Of a stretch of 64,000 bases of DNA, positions 20,234 to 29,960 are shown piece by piece. Source of the stretch: Halarcobacter sp. (GTDB taxonomy: Bacteria; Campylobacterota; Campylobacteria; Campylobacterales; Arcobacteraceae); the NCBI GenBank assembly GCA_048571215.1, contig CP182352.1:1984001-2048000 (forward strand). Direction: 5' to 3'. Each line of letters starts with the position of its first letter. Within the stretch, counting starts at the first letter, position 1. A program made the position numbers and the translations under genes. The notes under the pieces were generated by a model that was not told the DNA's origin, did no database searches, and was given only the letters and a program-made list of their open reading frames with translations.

Positions 20234-20668
20234 ATGAAAAATATTATCACTATGATTAGTTTAACTTTATTATTTATTTTTACAGCTTGTGCGGATAAAA
20301 ATAATGTAGCTTATGATTCACAAAACTATAAAAAAATAAAACATATATCTGTTGGAAAAATAATACATATAAGAGATGTGTATATTAAAGACTCAGGTAC
20401 AGGTTCCTTTCTAGGTGGGGTTATAGGTGTTGTTCTTGGTTCAACAATTGGTAGAGGAGATGGAAGAACACTTGCAAGTTTAGGTGGAGCCATTGTGGGT
20501 GCTCAAGTTGGTAGTAAAGTAAATGAAAAAAATGCCCAAGAACTAACAGTTCAGTTAGATACAAATGAAACAATAGTTATTTTATCTAAAGATACAAATC
20601 TACAGCTAAATGATAGAGTACGCATAATAACTGTGGGAGATGAAGTATCATCTGTATATAAAATCTAA
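20234..20668 (+). CDS. glycine-zipper 2TM lipoprotein (SlyB-like)
   Basis: Lipobox FTAC; GGVIGVVLGSTIG.G.G...GAIVG glycine zipper. Confidence 0.85.
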   Translation: MKNIITMISLTLLFIFTACADKNNVAYDSQNYKKIKHISVGKIIHIRDVYIKDSGTGSFLGGVIGVVLGSTIGRGDGRTLASLGGAIVGAQVGSKVNEKNAQELTVQLDTNETIVILSKDTNLQLNDRVRIITVGDEVSSVYKI

Positions 20669-20719
20669 CTCTTTTATAGAGTTAGATTATTTAAAAAAAT
20701 TCCTTAATAATTTTAAATC

Positions 20720-22084
20720 TCAAAGTAAAATAATTGTTGCCAAACCTAAAAAACTAAAAAAACCAACCACATCAGTTACAGTTGTTAAAATAACAGTTGA
20801 GCCAATAGCTGGATCTATTTCAAACTTTTCTAAAAGTATTGGAATAACTGCACCAAAAAAACCTGCACTAAGTAAATTTATAATCATAGACATGGCTATA
20901 ACTAAACCTAAAAGAGGAATTTTAAACCATAAGAAAGCTATAATCCCTATAACAAATGCAAATAAAAGTCCATTTACTAAAGATATAATAACCTCTTTAT
21001 ATATAGTTTTTTTTGCATCTGTATAACTTATCTCACCTAAAGCCATTTGTCTAACTGTTACTGTTAGAGTTTGAGTACCTGCATTTCCACCCATTGATGC
21101 AACTATTGGCATCAGTACAGCAAGGGCAACCAAAGATTGAATAGTAGCATCAAACATACCTATTACTATTGAAGCAAAGATAGCAGTAACTAAGTTTATA
21201 CTTAACCATATAGCTCTATTTTTACCAATTAAATACATACTCTCTTCATGCTCTGCATCATCACTAACCCCAGCTAATGAATAAAGTTGTTTAGTATCTT
21301 GTTGTTGTATAACATCATGGATATCATCATGGGTTACCCTACCTAATAGTTTCCCCTCATCATCAACTATTGCTAAAGCACTTAAGTTATAGTTGACAAC
21401 CATTTCAACAACTTCTGAGATATCACTATTGTGTGTACATGAATAGTTTTTTATTTTATCAGCTGGAATATCATTAAAAGTTAAATCTCTTTCAAATACA
21501 ATCAACTCCTCTAAACCAATAGAACCTATATATATACCATCTTTATCCACTAAATAAACATGAAAAATATTATCTAACTCATCTTCATCTTTTAATTTTT
21601 TTAATCTTTTTAGTGCAACTCCTATGTTTTCATTTAATGAAGCACTAAAAAGCTCATTTTGCATATATGAACCAGCTTTATCATCATCATATGCATTTAA
21701 TCTTTCAATAATCTGCTTATCTTCATCATTAAGTTTTTCTAAGATTAATTGTGCTGTTTCTTCATCTTTTTGTGAAATATTATAAATAAGCATAGAAGCA
21801 TCATCACTATCCATTTTAGAAGTGATATTTGCAATCTTTTTATCACTTATAACATCGCTAATCTCTTCTTGGATATAACTTGGCATCTCACATAAAACTT
21901 GTGCAAAAAGATCACTTGGCATCTTTTTACAAATATATTCATACTCATCATCACTTAAGTCCCTTAGTTTTTCAAGCTCCTTTGCTATATCATAAGGGTG
22001 CAATTCAAATTTGTCATTTTTATAATCATCAATTGCCTGTAATAAAAACTCTTTTATCTCTTCATAATTTTTTAATTCATCCAT
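20720..22084 (-). CDS. mgtE: magnesium transporter MgtE
   Basis: MgtE-N, CBS pair, MPIVASMGGNAGTQ, DPA...TTVTDVVG. Confidence 0.95.
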   Translation of the reverse strand: MDELKNYEEIKEFLLQAIDDYKNDKFELHPYDIAKELEKLRDLSDDEYEYICKKMPSDLFAQVLCEMPSYIQEEISDVISDKKIANITSKMDSDDASMLIYNISQKDEETAQLILEKLNDEDKQIIERLNAYDDDKAGSYMQNELFSASLNENIGVALKRLKKLKDEDELDNIFHVYLVDKDGIYIGSIGLEELIVFERDLTFNDIPADKIKNYSCTHNSDISEVVEMVVNYNLSALAIVDDEGKLLGRVTHDDIHDVIQQQDTKQLYSLAGVSDDAEHEESMYLIGKNRAIWLSINLVTAIFASIVIGMFDATIQSLVALAVLMPIVASMGGNAGTQTLTVTVRQMALGEISYTDAKKTIYKEVIISLVNGLLFAFVIGIIAFLWFKIPLLGLVIAMSMIINLLSAGFFGAVIPILLEKFEIDPAIGSTVILTTVTDVVGFFSFLGLATIILL

Positions 22085-22085
22085 T

Positions 22086-23057
22086 TTAAATCCATTTGTA
22101 TTTTTTCAATAAATAAAACTGTAAGGCACCAATAAAAAACAATATTAATATAAATAAACTAAATGCCCCTTTATCTTCAGAACCAGGAATCCCTCCAACA
22201 TTTACACCCAATAAACCTGTTAGAAACCCTAGTGGCAAAAATATTACTGAGATTATTGATAAGACATACATTCTTTGATTCATCTGTTCACTAATATTAT
22301 TTACCAATTCTTCTTGTATTAAAGCTACTTTATCATTAATGGAGTCTAACTCTTCTACATATCTTATAAGTTGGTCTGTTATCTCCCTTAGCTCTATTCT
22401 ATCATATTCACTTAGCCATGAGATTTTATCATGATATAGTTTATACATAGCCTCTTTTTGGGGTGCTAAATATCTTCTTAAGGTTATAGATTCTCTTCTG
22501 ATTTTAGATATTTGTGTTCTTAATTGAACATTTTCTGATTCTAAAATCATCTCTTCTATTTCTAAAGCTCTATCTTCTAACTCATTAATAGTCTCTTCCA
22601 TTCTTGAAGTTAGTCTATCTGTTAAAGAGATTATAAATTCTGCACTATTTACAGGACCTTTATTATGTTCAAAACTTTCTAAGATATCTTTTACAGATAA
22701 TAAATCTCTTTTTTTGGTACTTATTATTATATCTTGGGATATAAATAATCTTATAGAAATCATATCTTCTGGGTCTGAATTTGCATTTAAATTAACACCC
22801 CTTAAGGCAAGTAAAATAGTATCATCTAAAATTGTAGTTCTAGGTCTAGTCTCTTGAGTTAATAAAGCTTCAATAGCAATTGGATCAATACCACTTTTAT
22901 TTGTAATCCAATCGATTGCTTCTTGACTTGAATAATCAAAATGAACCCATAATAAGCCCATACTTTTGTCATAATCTTGTAGTTGATCATATGAAAGCTC
23001 TTTAGCTGAACCTTTTTTATCAAAAATAACCGCATGAGATAATCCATTTTGATGCAC
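22086..23057 (-). CDS. zntB: CorA-family zinc transporter ZntB
   Basis: WVHFD, ETRPR, LRGVNLN, FLPLGFLTGLLGVNVGGIP. Confidence 0.85.
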   Translation of the reverse strand: MHQNGLSHAVIFDKKGSAKELSYDQLQDYDKSMGLLWVHFDYSSQEAIDWITNKSGIDPIAIEALLTQETRPRTTILDDTILLALRGVNLNANSDPEDMISIRLFISQDIIISTKKRDLLSVKDILESFEHNKGPVNSAEFIISLTDRLTSRMEETINELEDRALEIEEMILESENVQLRTQISKIRRESITLRRYLAPQKEAMYKLYHDKISWLSEYDRIELREITDQLIRYVEELDSINDKVALIQEELVNNISEQMNQRMYVLSIISVIFLPLGFLTGLLGVNVGGIPGSEDKGAFSLFILILFFIGALQFYLLKKYKWI

Positions 23058-23118
23058 TTTATATCCTTTATAATAACTTTTATATTATAATCAAAAATAT
23101 AAAAAACTAAGGTTTATA

Positions 23119-24930
23119 ATGAAACTTTTAATTAATTTTTTACTCTTTTGTACTCTTTGTTTCAGTGCAGAGATTGATACTAAGCTTTTTGATACTCAAA
23201 CTAATATTTCATATCTTAAAGAGATTAAAAAAAATATAGATAGTTCTAACAAAAGTAAAAAAATCATAGAAAATGAAAAAAAATACCTTCAGATTCTAAA
23301 AGAGGCTAGTGCTAAAACTGTATCAATTGAAAAGTTTAATTATACTCTTTTAGATAAAAAAGATTTAAGCCTTGATGAAATCTATCAAACAATTGAATTT
23401 TTATTAGATTTAAATAAAAAACAAAATAGTACAAAAAATCTTTTGCTTGCTATTCAAGATAATCTTTCATACCTAAAAAAGAGAATAGAAAATATTATAG
23501 AGATTGAAAAAGATAAACTATTAATATATCAACTACAATTTGCATACTATAAAATTGAAAAAACAAATTTAGAAAAAAAAGAAGCCTTGATAAAAGATGA
23601 AAAGATAAAACTTCTTTCAAGTCTAAATGAAAGTATCCCAAAGCTTTCAGAAACAGAAATAAAAACAATAGATATACATCTTAATAAAAATATTGAAAAC
23701 TTAGATAGATTAACTCAATATATCAACTCTCTAAAAGTAGATTTACAAAGGGAAAAACTAGATGAAAATAAACCAAAGGTAAAAAGCCTTGAAAATAGTA
23801 TCAAAAAGTTTGAAAATAGTTATCAAGAGGAGCTAATAAAAACTATCAATAATCTAAGTAAAAAACTCTTAATAACACTAAAAGATGAACAAGAAAAAGA
23901 GTTTTTAGCCACCTATAAATCCCTAAATGGATATATCTCAAAGCTAGATGAAGATAAGCAAAAAAAATATTCCTATTTAAGTACTATTTTTAAAGAGTTA
24001 TCAAAAAAATATTTAAGTAATACAAAACTACTTTTTGCAAGCTCTAGTTCACAACTTAGTTCTATTTATGATTCTAGTAAATCTTTTTTTAATACAAGCC
24101 TTGTTGTTTTTAATGAACAAGCTATTACACCTAAAAGTATATTTAAAGCCTTGATTTTAATTATCATTGGTCTTCTTTTAGGGAAATTTTATAAAAAATG
24201 GCTTTTAAAAATATCATCTAAATGGCCAAATATTGGTGAAGTTTCTTTAAAAGTAACTTCAAATGTAGGCTTTTATCTAATAATATTTATCACAATTATA
24301 ATAGCAATGAATAGTTTAGGAATAGATATGTCTTCCATCTCACTAATAGCTGGGGCATTATCTATTGGTATTGGTTTTGGTTTACAAACTGTTGTATCAA
24401 ACTTTATTGCTGGAATAATTTTGATGTTTGAAAGAACTATTAGAATTGGTGATGTAATAGAGATAAATGATGTACTAAAGGGCACAGTAACAGATATAAG
24501 AGTTCGTTCAACCACTATAAAAACCTTTGATAATATAGATATTGTTGTTCCAAACTCTTCATTTATCCAAAACAATGTTATCAATTGGACCTTAGAAGAT
24601 AAATCAAGAAGATTACATGTACCTTTTGGGGTTGCATATGGAACCAAAATAGAAGAAGTTAAAAAGATTATTTTAGAAGAATTAAAAAATAGTGACTTGA
24701 AATTTATTAGAGAAGATAAAGATAAACAAGCAGAAATAAGATTTGAAGGGATGAATAACAGCAGCGTTGATTTAGAACTATTAGTTTATATAAGAGTAAA
24801 TGATAGAATTACACCAAATTCACTTAAATCTGATTTCTTACTTCTTATATACAATGCCTTATATAAACACAATATAGAGATACCATTTCCACAATTGGAT
24901 TTACATATTAAAAAAGAGCTAAAAAAATAG
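23119..24930 (+). CDS. mechanosensitive channel, MscS/MscK-like, with periplasmic coiled coil
   Basis: GALSIGIGFGLQ..VSNF..GII, IRIGD.I, VPNS, IEIPFPQLDLH. Confidence 0.92.
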   Translation: MKLLINFLLFCTLCFSAEIDTKLFDTQTNISYLKEIKKNIDSSNKSKKIIENEKKYLQILKEASAKTVSIEKFNYTLLDKKDLSLDEIYQTIEFLLDLNKKQNSTKNLLLAIQDNLSYLKKRIENIIEIEKDKLLIYQLQFAYYKIEKTNLEKKEALIKDEKIKLLSSLNESIPKLSETEIKTIDIHLNKNIENLDRLTQYINSLKVDLQREKLDENKPKVKSLENSIKKFENSYQEELIKTINNLSKKLLITLKDEQEKEFLATYKSLNGYISKLDEDKQKKYSYLSTIFKELSKKYLSNTKLLFASSSSQLSSIYDSSKSFFNTSLVVFNEQAITPKSIFKALILIIIGLLLGKFYKKWLLKISSKWPNIGEVSLKVTSNVGFYLIIFITIIIAMNSLGIDMSSISLIAGALSIGIGFGLQTVVSNFIAGIILMFERTIRIGDVIEINDVLKGTVTDIRVRSTTIKTFDNIDIVVPNSSFIQNNVINWTLEDKSRRLHVPFGVAYGTKIEEVKKIILEELKNSDLKFIREDKDKQAEIRFEGMNNSSVDLELLVYIRVNDRITPNSLKSDFLLLIYNALYKHNIEIPFPQLDLHIKKELKK

Positions 24931-24937
24931 ATCTAGT

Positions 24938-25657
24938 CTAGTTTATAATGGCATCATGCCATTGAACTAAACTTAATCTATAACCACTTTTTACCTCTAA
25001 AACCTCATGGGTAAAATATGGATTACTTAAAAAAATAACCATATCTCCAGCACTTGGCTTTAATATTATATTTTCACCATTTTCATCATATAGGTAATTA
25101 AATATCAATTCCCCACCTGTAAAAGAGTTTGTTTTTTTACTATCTTCACAACTTGTAGTAAATAAAACTGTAGTTAGTTTTCTATTATTTGCCACACACT
25201 TAAAGCCTGCAAGTTTTTCATCCTTTAGAATCATACTAGAATCATCACTATGTGCCACATAAAAAGAGCCTTTTTTATACTCTAAAACTTGCAGTTTTGA
25301 ACTTGTTGTTAAAGCTATATTAAAATAGTTTTCAATTTCACTTTGATGGTGTTTAAAAACCTTTTCGTAAAGTTTTTTATAATCTTTATTTAGTTTATAA
25401 ATCTTTGTTTTTCTTATATCTTCATCTACTTGATTTGTATAATTTTCAATTTTTACTTTTGCATCAATAAAATCACTATTTTCTCGTATAGAGTTTGTTA
25501 TCTCTTCACATAACTCTTCATTGAAAAAGTTTTTAATTATCATATATGGATAATCATAATATGGGTTTGGAAGTAACTTTGTCTCAATATCAAAATCGTT
25601 TAAAAAACTATCACAAAAAACAAAGTTACTTATTTGGTCAAAAGTTCTTATACTCAT
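24938..25657 (-). CDS. 2OG-Fe(II) oxygenase
   Basis: HxD (HSDD), GGEL, HEV..V..G.R.SL motifs. Confidence 0.88.
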   Translation of the reverse strand: MSIRTFDQISNFVFCDSFLNDFDIETKLLPNPYYDYPYMIIKNFFNEELCEEITNSIRENSDFIDAKVKIENYTNQVDEDIRKTKIYKLNKDYKKLYEKVFKHHQSEIENYFNIALTTSSKLQVLEYKKGSFYVAHSDDSSMILKDEKLAGFKCVANNRKLTTVLFTTSCEDSKKTNSFTGGELIFNYLYDENGENIILKPSAGDMVIFLSNPYFTHEVLEVKSGYRLSLVQWHDAIIN

Positions 25658-26067
25658 TTTATTAATTGTTTATGTAAGGTTGCTAAATCACCTAAAACCC
25701 AAATATCACAAATTTTTCCATCTTTAAATCTAAAAAATGAAGCTCCATTATATTTGATTCTATTATTTGTTGGTTCAAAATCAAATAATTTACCCTTGTG
25801 AGTACCATTATAAACAGCTCTTACTGCAATTTTATCATCTTCACTTATCATAATCTCTACTCCATGATAAAGGTTTGGAATACCTGTTAAAACATTATCC
25901 ATATATGTTTCAAACTCTTTTTTGCCTTTTGCTACAACATTTAGTGAACCATGAAAAGTTATCTCTTCATCAAAAAGAATATCTATATACTCTTTATTAT
26001 GTTTATTCCATAACTCTTCATAATACAATTTAACTAAATTTTTGTAATTATTACTTTTCATCTTCAT
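25654..26067 (-). CDS. SnoaL-like ester cyclase (NTF2 fold)
   Basis: GTHKG..F..PT, F.F.DGKI...W...D pattern. Confidence 0.85.
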   Translation of the reverse strand: MKMKSNNYKNLVKLYYEELWNKHNKEYIDILFDEEITFHGSLNVVAKGKKEFETYMDNVLTGIPNLYHGVEIMISEDDKIAVRAVYNGTHKGKLFDFEPTNNRIKYNGASFFRFKDGKICDIWVLGDLATLHKQLIK

Positions 26068-27218
26068 CCTACACTTTTTTTATCTATATATAGACTTTTT
26101 AAAATAAATAAAGTCGACTTAACAGAGTTAATCGAAGCTGTTTCTTCTATAGTATGATAACCAGTTGTTGGTATTTGTAAAGTTGTTCCTTGAATCATAC
26201 CTTTTGATTCTTTTACTATTCTTCCCATCTCTGTACTTCCTAAACTCATTAAAGGAAGATTTTTTTCATTTAATATTTTGTTTTTCTCTTGGATAAATGT
26301 ATCTTTACAAGAAAAAATTATATTATTTTTATGACAAAAGTTTTTTAAAACTTTTAAAAGTGGTGATTTAAACCTAGCATTTGCATCCCTATTTCTTAGA
26401 ACAATATCCTGCATACTTACCTCTTCATCAGTATTATATGGACTAGTATCTAATACTAAAAGTTCTGTTGTAGAAATTTTATTTTTCATAAACCACTCAT
26501 ACATATATCTCCAACTTCTTCCTGCTTCCTCTTGGGCTGTGAAAAAAGCTGTTCCTTGATAACCATTTTGATACAAATACAAAATAATTGCAGCTGAGAT
26601 AACATTGTCTAACTGAGCAGAAATTTGTTCATTTTTAATATCAAGTTTATCAACAAATGCAATAGGAGTTCCAGGCATAAGATGTTCTAAACCTCTAACT
26701 TTAAACATAAGGTTATTTATCTCTTTACACATATAAACATCATTTATCTCACCAATTCCCAGATAACTGCCAGAGTATGGCTCATAAGCTTGAACTCCTA
26801 AGTTTAAATATCTTGATAAAAAGGTTTTATAAATCTGTTCAGAAACTGAGTTTCCCTTAAGTTCACTCCTATTTTTTGCTAAAAAAGCTGCAAATTGGAA
26901 CTCTTTTGGTCCTGTACAAACAAGACCATGTCTATCTATGTGAGCACTTAAAATACCATTTGTTGGTTCAGTTCCTTGGGCAACTAACAAACCATCATAA
27001 TATTGGGTTTTTATATTTAACTCATCTAATTCTCTTTTTAAATATAGAAAAAATGAGTGTTCAAAACCTGTAACACTTGGGATTCTAATCAACTGTTTTA
27101 ATGTATCTAAAAAATCACTAAAGTTTTCTACTTCATCAATCAATTTTTTTGATTTTTCGATACTTAGCTTTCTGTATTTCACTACTTTTTTTACCTTTAA
27201 AAAACTTTTGTAGAACAA
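26064..27218 (-). CDS. M42/M20-clan metallopeptidase
   Basis: PSVTG.E, SAHIDRHG, QLDN, QEEAG, YHT metal ligands; start uncertain. Confidence 0.8.
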   Translation of the reverse strand: MFYKSFLKVKKVVKYRKLSIEKSKKLIDEVENFSDFLDTLKQLIRIPSVTGFEHSFFLYLKRELDELNIKTQYYDGLLVAQGTEPTNGILSAHIDRHGLVCTGPKEFQFAAFLAKNRSELKGNSVSEQIYKTFLSRYLNLGVQAYEPYSGSYLGIGEINDVYMCKEINNLMFKVRGLEHLMPGTPIAFVDKLDIKNEQISAQLDNVISAAIILYLYQNGYQGTAFFTAQEEAGRSWRYMYEWFMKNKISTTELLVLDTSPYNTDEEVSMQDIVLRNRDANARFKSPLLKVLKNFCHKNNIIFSCKDTFIQEKNKILNEKNLPLMSLGSTEMGRIVKESKGMIQGTTLQIPTTGYHTIEETASINSVKSTLFILKSLYIDKKSVG

Positions 27219-27229
27219 GGCAAAGTGAG

Positions 27230-27460
27230 TTACTGATCTTGTTTTTCGTCCAAACTCTCTTCAACTTTTGTTTGGCAAAGATAATAATCTTTTTCACAAG
27301 TTGAAATACATTCTGTAAAATCTGTACTTTCATTATCTTCACATTTTACTGAACATTGATCATAATTTTTTTCACATAAAGCAAGTTTTTCTTCAATTGC
27401 ATCATTTGCAAAAGCAGATACTGTTAGCAAAGTAACAGCAAATAAAAATGATTTTAACAT
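27230..27460 (-). CDS. small secreted Cys-rich protein
   Basis: GGGAG RBS, signal peptide, six Cys (Cx6Cx3C...Cx3Cx6C). Confidence 0.75.
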   Translation of the reverse strand: MLKSFLFAVTLLTVSAFANDAIEEKLALCEKNYDQCSVKCEDNESTDFTECISTCEKDYYLCQTKVEESLDEKQDQ

Positions 27461-27496
27461 TTATACTCCCTAAAATAACAAACCTATAAGTTTGCT

Positions 27497-27592
27497 AAAA
27501 TAAATGTACTCTAAATTAGAGTACACCAATTTAAAAACCAAACGAATGCTTCGCTGGCTTTTTACTTAAAACGTACTTTCCTTATTCTACTT
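27497..27592 (-). ncRNA. candidate small RNA or structured leader
   Basis: TATAAT at 27598-27603 (-), internal hairpin 27533-27563 with G-U pairs on the minus strand, 9-bp terminator stem 27505-27525 with U-rich tail. Confidence 0.4.
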
Positions 27593-27698
27593 GCGAAATT
27601 ATAAACTAAAAAAAAAGAAAAATACTTAAAATTTTCTTAAAGTGTTTTGGGGAGTTAAAAGTGCCCTTTATAAGGCTAATTATTATAGAATTTTTTTT

Positions 27699-28451
27699 TC
27701 AACTTATATCTTTTAGTAGATATTTTATTGAATTTTCTTCTAAAAAATTTACAAATTTTGAAAAATAGATATCTATTAAATCTTTGTCATATCCACATAA
27801 GGATAATACAACTAATCTTTTATCATCTAAGATTTTAGGAAGAGAAGATAACTCAATAGAAGTTGGCACAGTTTTCATAATATCTATTAAATCATTTTCA
27901 CCACAAAATGCAGTCAAAGTTACTCTATACTCTTGAATATTGTTTTTATAATAATGTTTATCTAAAGCTTCAAGAACCATAGCTTGGCTCATAGAAGGGA
28001 AACCTGGAGTGAAAAAGAATCTATCTTCTAAATAAAAACCAGCAACATTATTTACAACATTTTTAAGAAGTTTTGCCCCTACAGGAAGATATGCCATATT
28101 TATTCTATGGGGATAGGCTTCTTGCTTAAATTGATTTTCAATAAGTTGTTTTGCTTCTTTATGAAACTGCATATTACTATCTGTAAAAACCTCAGCAGCA
28201 ATTTTTCTTGTATAATCATCAGGAGTAGTACCAATACCTCCATAACAAAACATAACAGAATTTTTATCAGCCTTGATAAGTGTAAAGATATTTTTCATTA
28301 AAGAGGTATCATCTGCAATAACAAAAGAACCTTTATGGGTCCAACCTCTTTTTAAAAGTTGTTCATTTAAAAAAGCAAAATGGGCATCTTTTCGACGCCC
28401 ATTTAGTAGCTCTGTTCCTATAATAACAGAATAAAAATTCAAATTTTTCAA
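27699..28451 (-). CDS. competence/damage-inducible CinA-like molybdopterin-binding domain protein
   Basis: IIGTELLNG...D, GGIG.TPDD.T, PGFP motifs. Confidence 0.85.
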   Translation of the reverse strand: MKNLNFYSVIIGTELLNGRRKDAHFAFLNEQLLKRGWTHKGSFVIADDTSLMKNIFTLIKADKNSVMFCYGGIGTTPDDYTRKIAAEVFTDSNMQFHKEAKQLIENQFKQEAYPHRINMAYLPVGAKLLKNVVNNVAGFYLEDRFFFTPGFPSMSQAMVLEALDKHYYKNNIQEYRVTLTAFCGENDLIDIMKTVPTSIELSSLPKILDDKRLVVLSLCGYDKDLIDIYFSKFVNFLEENSIKYLLKDIS

Positions 28452-28473
28452 ATATTACCTTTATAATTTATAA

Positions 28474-29043
28474 CTAGATTCTAGATTGAATAAATGAGTC
28501 CATTTCATCAATAATCTCTTTAATAGTTCTTTCACCATCAATTTTTTTTAATAAATTTTTAGATTCATAAAACTCTTGAATCTGCTTTAATGGTTCACTA
28601 TATACTTTCATTCTATTATTAAATACTTCAACATTATCATCAGTTCCTCTAGCACGTCCTAGAACTCTATGTTTTGCCACCTCTTCTGATACTTCAACTT
28701 CAATAGTATTTATTAACTCTACTTCATCTTCACTTGCTAAATATTTATCTAATTCTGCCATTTGTTCAAAACTTCTTGGATATCCATCAATAATTACAAC
28801 ATCTGTTGGAGCTTTTTTAATAGCACCTATAATAGTCTCTATAGCAATATCTATTGGTACAATATTTCCAGCACTAATATATTTTTCAATAATTGCACCT
28901 CTTTGACTACCACTTGCAACCTCAGTTCTAAACATATCTCCAGTTGAATAATGAGTGATTTTCATATGATTTTTTGCAATCAATTCAGCATCAGTAGTTT
29001 TTCCACTTCCTGGTGCTCCAATAATTAAAAATAGTTTTTTCAT
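28474..29043 (-). CDS. adk: adenylate kinase, short-LID type
   Basis: GAPGSGKTT, STGDMFR, IDGYPR, R..DDN; no LID zinc motif. Confidence 0.9.
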   Translation of the reverse strand: MKKLFLIIGAPGSGKTTDAELIAKNHMKITHYSTGDMFRTEVASGSQRGAIIEKYISAGNIVPIDIAIETIIGAIKKAPTDVVIIDGYPRSFEQMAELDKYLASEDEVELINTIEVEVSEEVAKHRVLGRARGTDDNVEVFNNRMKVYSEPLKQIQEFYESKNLLKKIDGERTIKEIIDEMDSFIQSRI

Positions 29044-29260
29044 TTACGCCCTTGTTAAATTTAGAATTATGATTATATCAAAATCTATTTAAATTATTTA
29101 TGTGATATTAAAAGCTTTTTGAATACAATACTGAAAAACTAAGAACAACTACTTGTATCTTTATAGTTTATTTTTTAACAGTTTTTATAAATTGTACAAA
29201 AAGAAATTAATCAAGCAAAGATCCCTTTTCAAATAGGGACTATTTAAAAGGAAATAAAAT

Positions 29261-29902
29261 ATGAATTTAATGCTATTTGGTGCACCAGGAGCTGGTAAAG
29301 GAACCCAAGCAAAATTTTTAATTGAGAAATATAATATTCCACAAATCTCAACTGGAGATATTTTAAGAGCTGCAATTGCTGATAAAACAGATATGGGGAT
29401 GGAAGCAAAAAAGTTTATGGATGAGGGTAAATTAGTTCCTGATTCAACTATTATTGGTATTATCAAAGACAGATTAGCTGAAGCTGACTGTAAAGAGGGT
29501 TTTATCCTTGATGGCTTTCCAAGAACGTTAGCGCAAGCAGAAGCTTTAAAAGAGTTAATGGCAACTATGGGAATCTCACTTGATAAAGTAATTTCACTTA
29601 ATGTTCCAGATGAACTAATCGTTGGAAGAATCACAGGAAGAAGAGTTTGTTCTAAATGTGGAGCATCTTTCCATGTTGAGTTTAACCCTTCAAAAAAAGA
29701 AAATGTTTGTGACTACTGTGGTGGTGAATTGATTATTAGAAAAGATGACAATGCCGAAACTGTAAAAAGTAGATTAGAAGCATACCATGCGCAAACTGCA
29801 CCACTTATTGATTTTTATACTGATATGGGTGTCTTTATAGAACTTGATGGAACAAAAGATGTTTCAGAAGTTACAAGTGATATGATTGAAGCACTTTCAT
29901 AA
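29261..29902 (+). CDS. adk: adenylate kinase, long zinc-LID type
   Basis: GAPGAGKGTQA, STGDILR, LDGFPRT, LID CSKC...CDYC. Confidence 0.95.
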   Translation: MNLMLFGAPGAGKGTQAKFLIEKYNIPQISTGDILRAAIADKTDMGMEAKKFMDEGKLVPDSTIIGIIKDRLAEADCKEGFILDGFPRTLAQAEALKELMATMGISLDKVISLNVPDELIVGRITGRRVCSKCGASFHVEFNPSKKENVCDYCGGELIIRKDDNAETVKSRLEAYHAQTAPLIDFYTDMGVFIELDGTKDVSEVTSDMIEALS

Positions 29903-29920
29903 TCAATTTTAACTACTAAG

Positions 29921-29950
29921 AAAAAAAGGGCAACTATTGCCTTTTTTTTT
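29921..29950. terminator. bidirectional intrinsic terminator
   Basis: AAAAAAAGGGCAA-CTA-TTGCCTTTTTTTTT between convergent adk and bioA. Confidence 0.85.
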
Positions 29951-29960
29951 GGATAATTTT

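Noticed and set aside
20640..21026. 128-aa plus-strand ORF
   Set aside because: Antisense to the mgtE membrane domain; shadow ORF
29185..29634. 149-aa minus-strand ORF
   Set aside because: Antisense to the well-supported long adk
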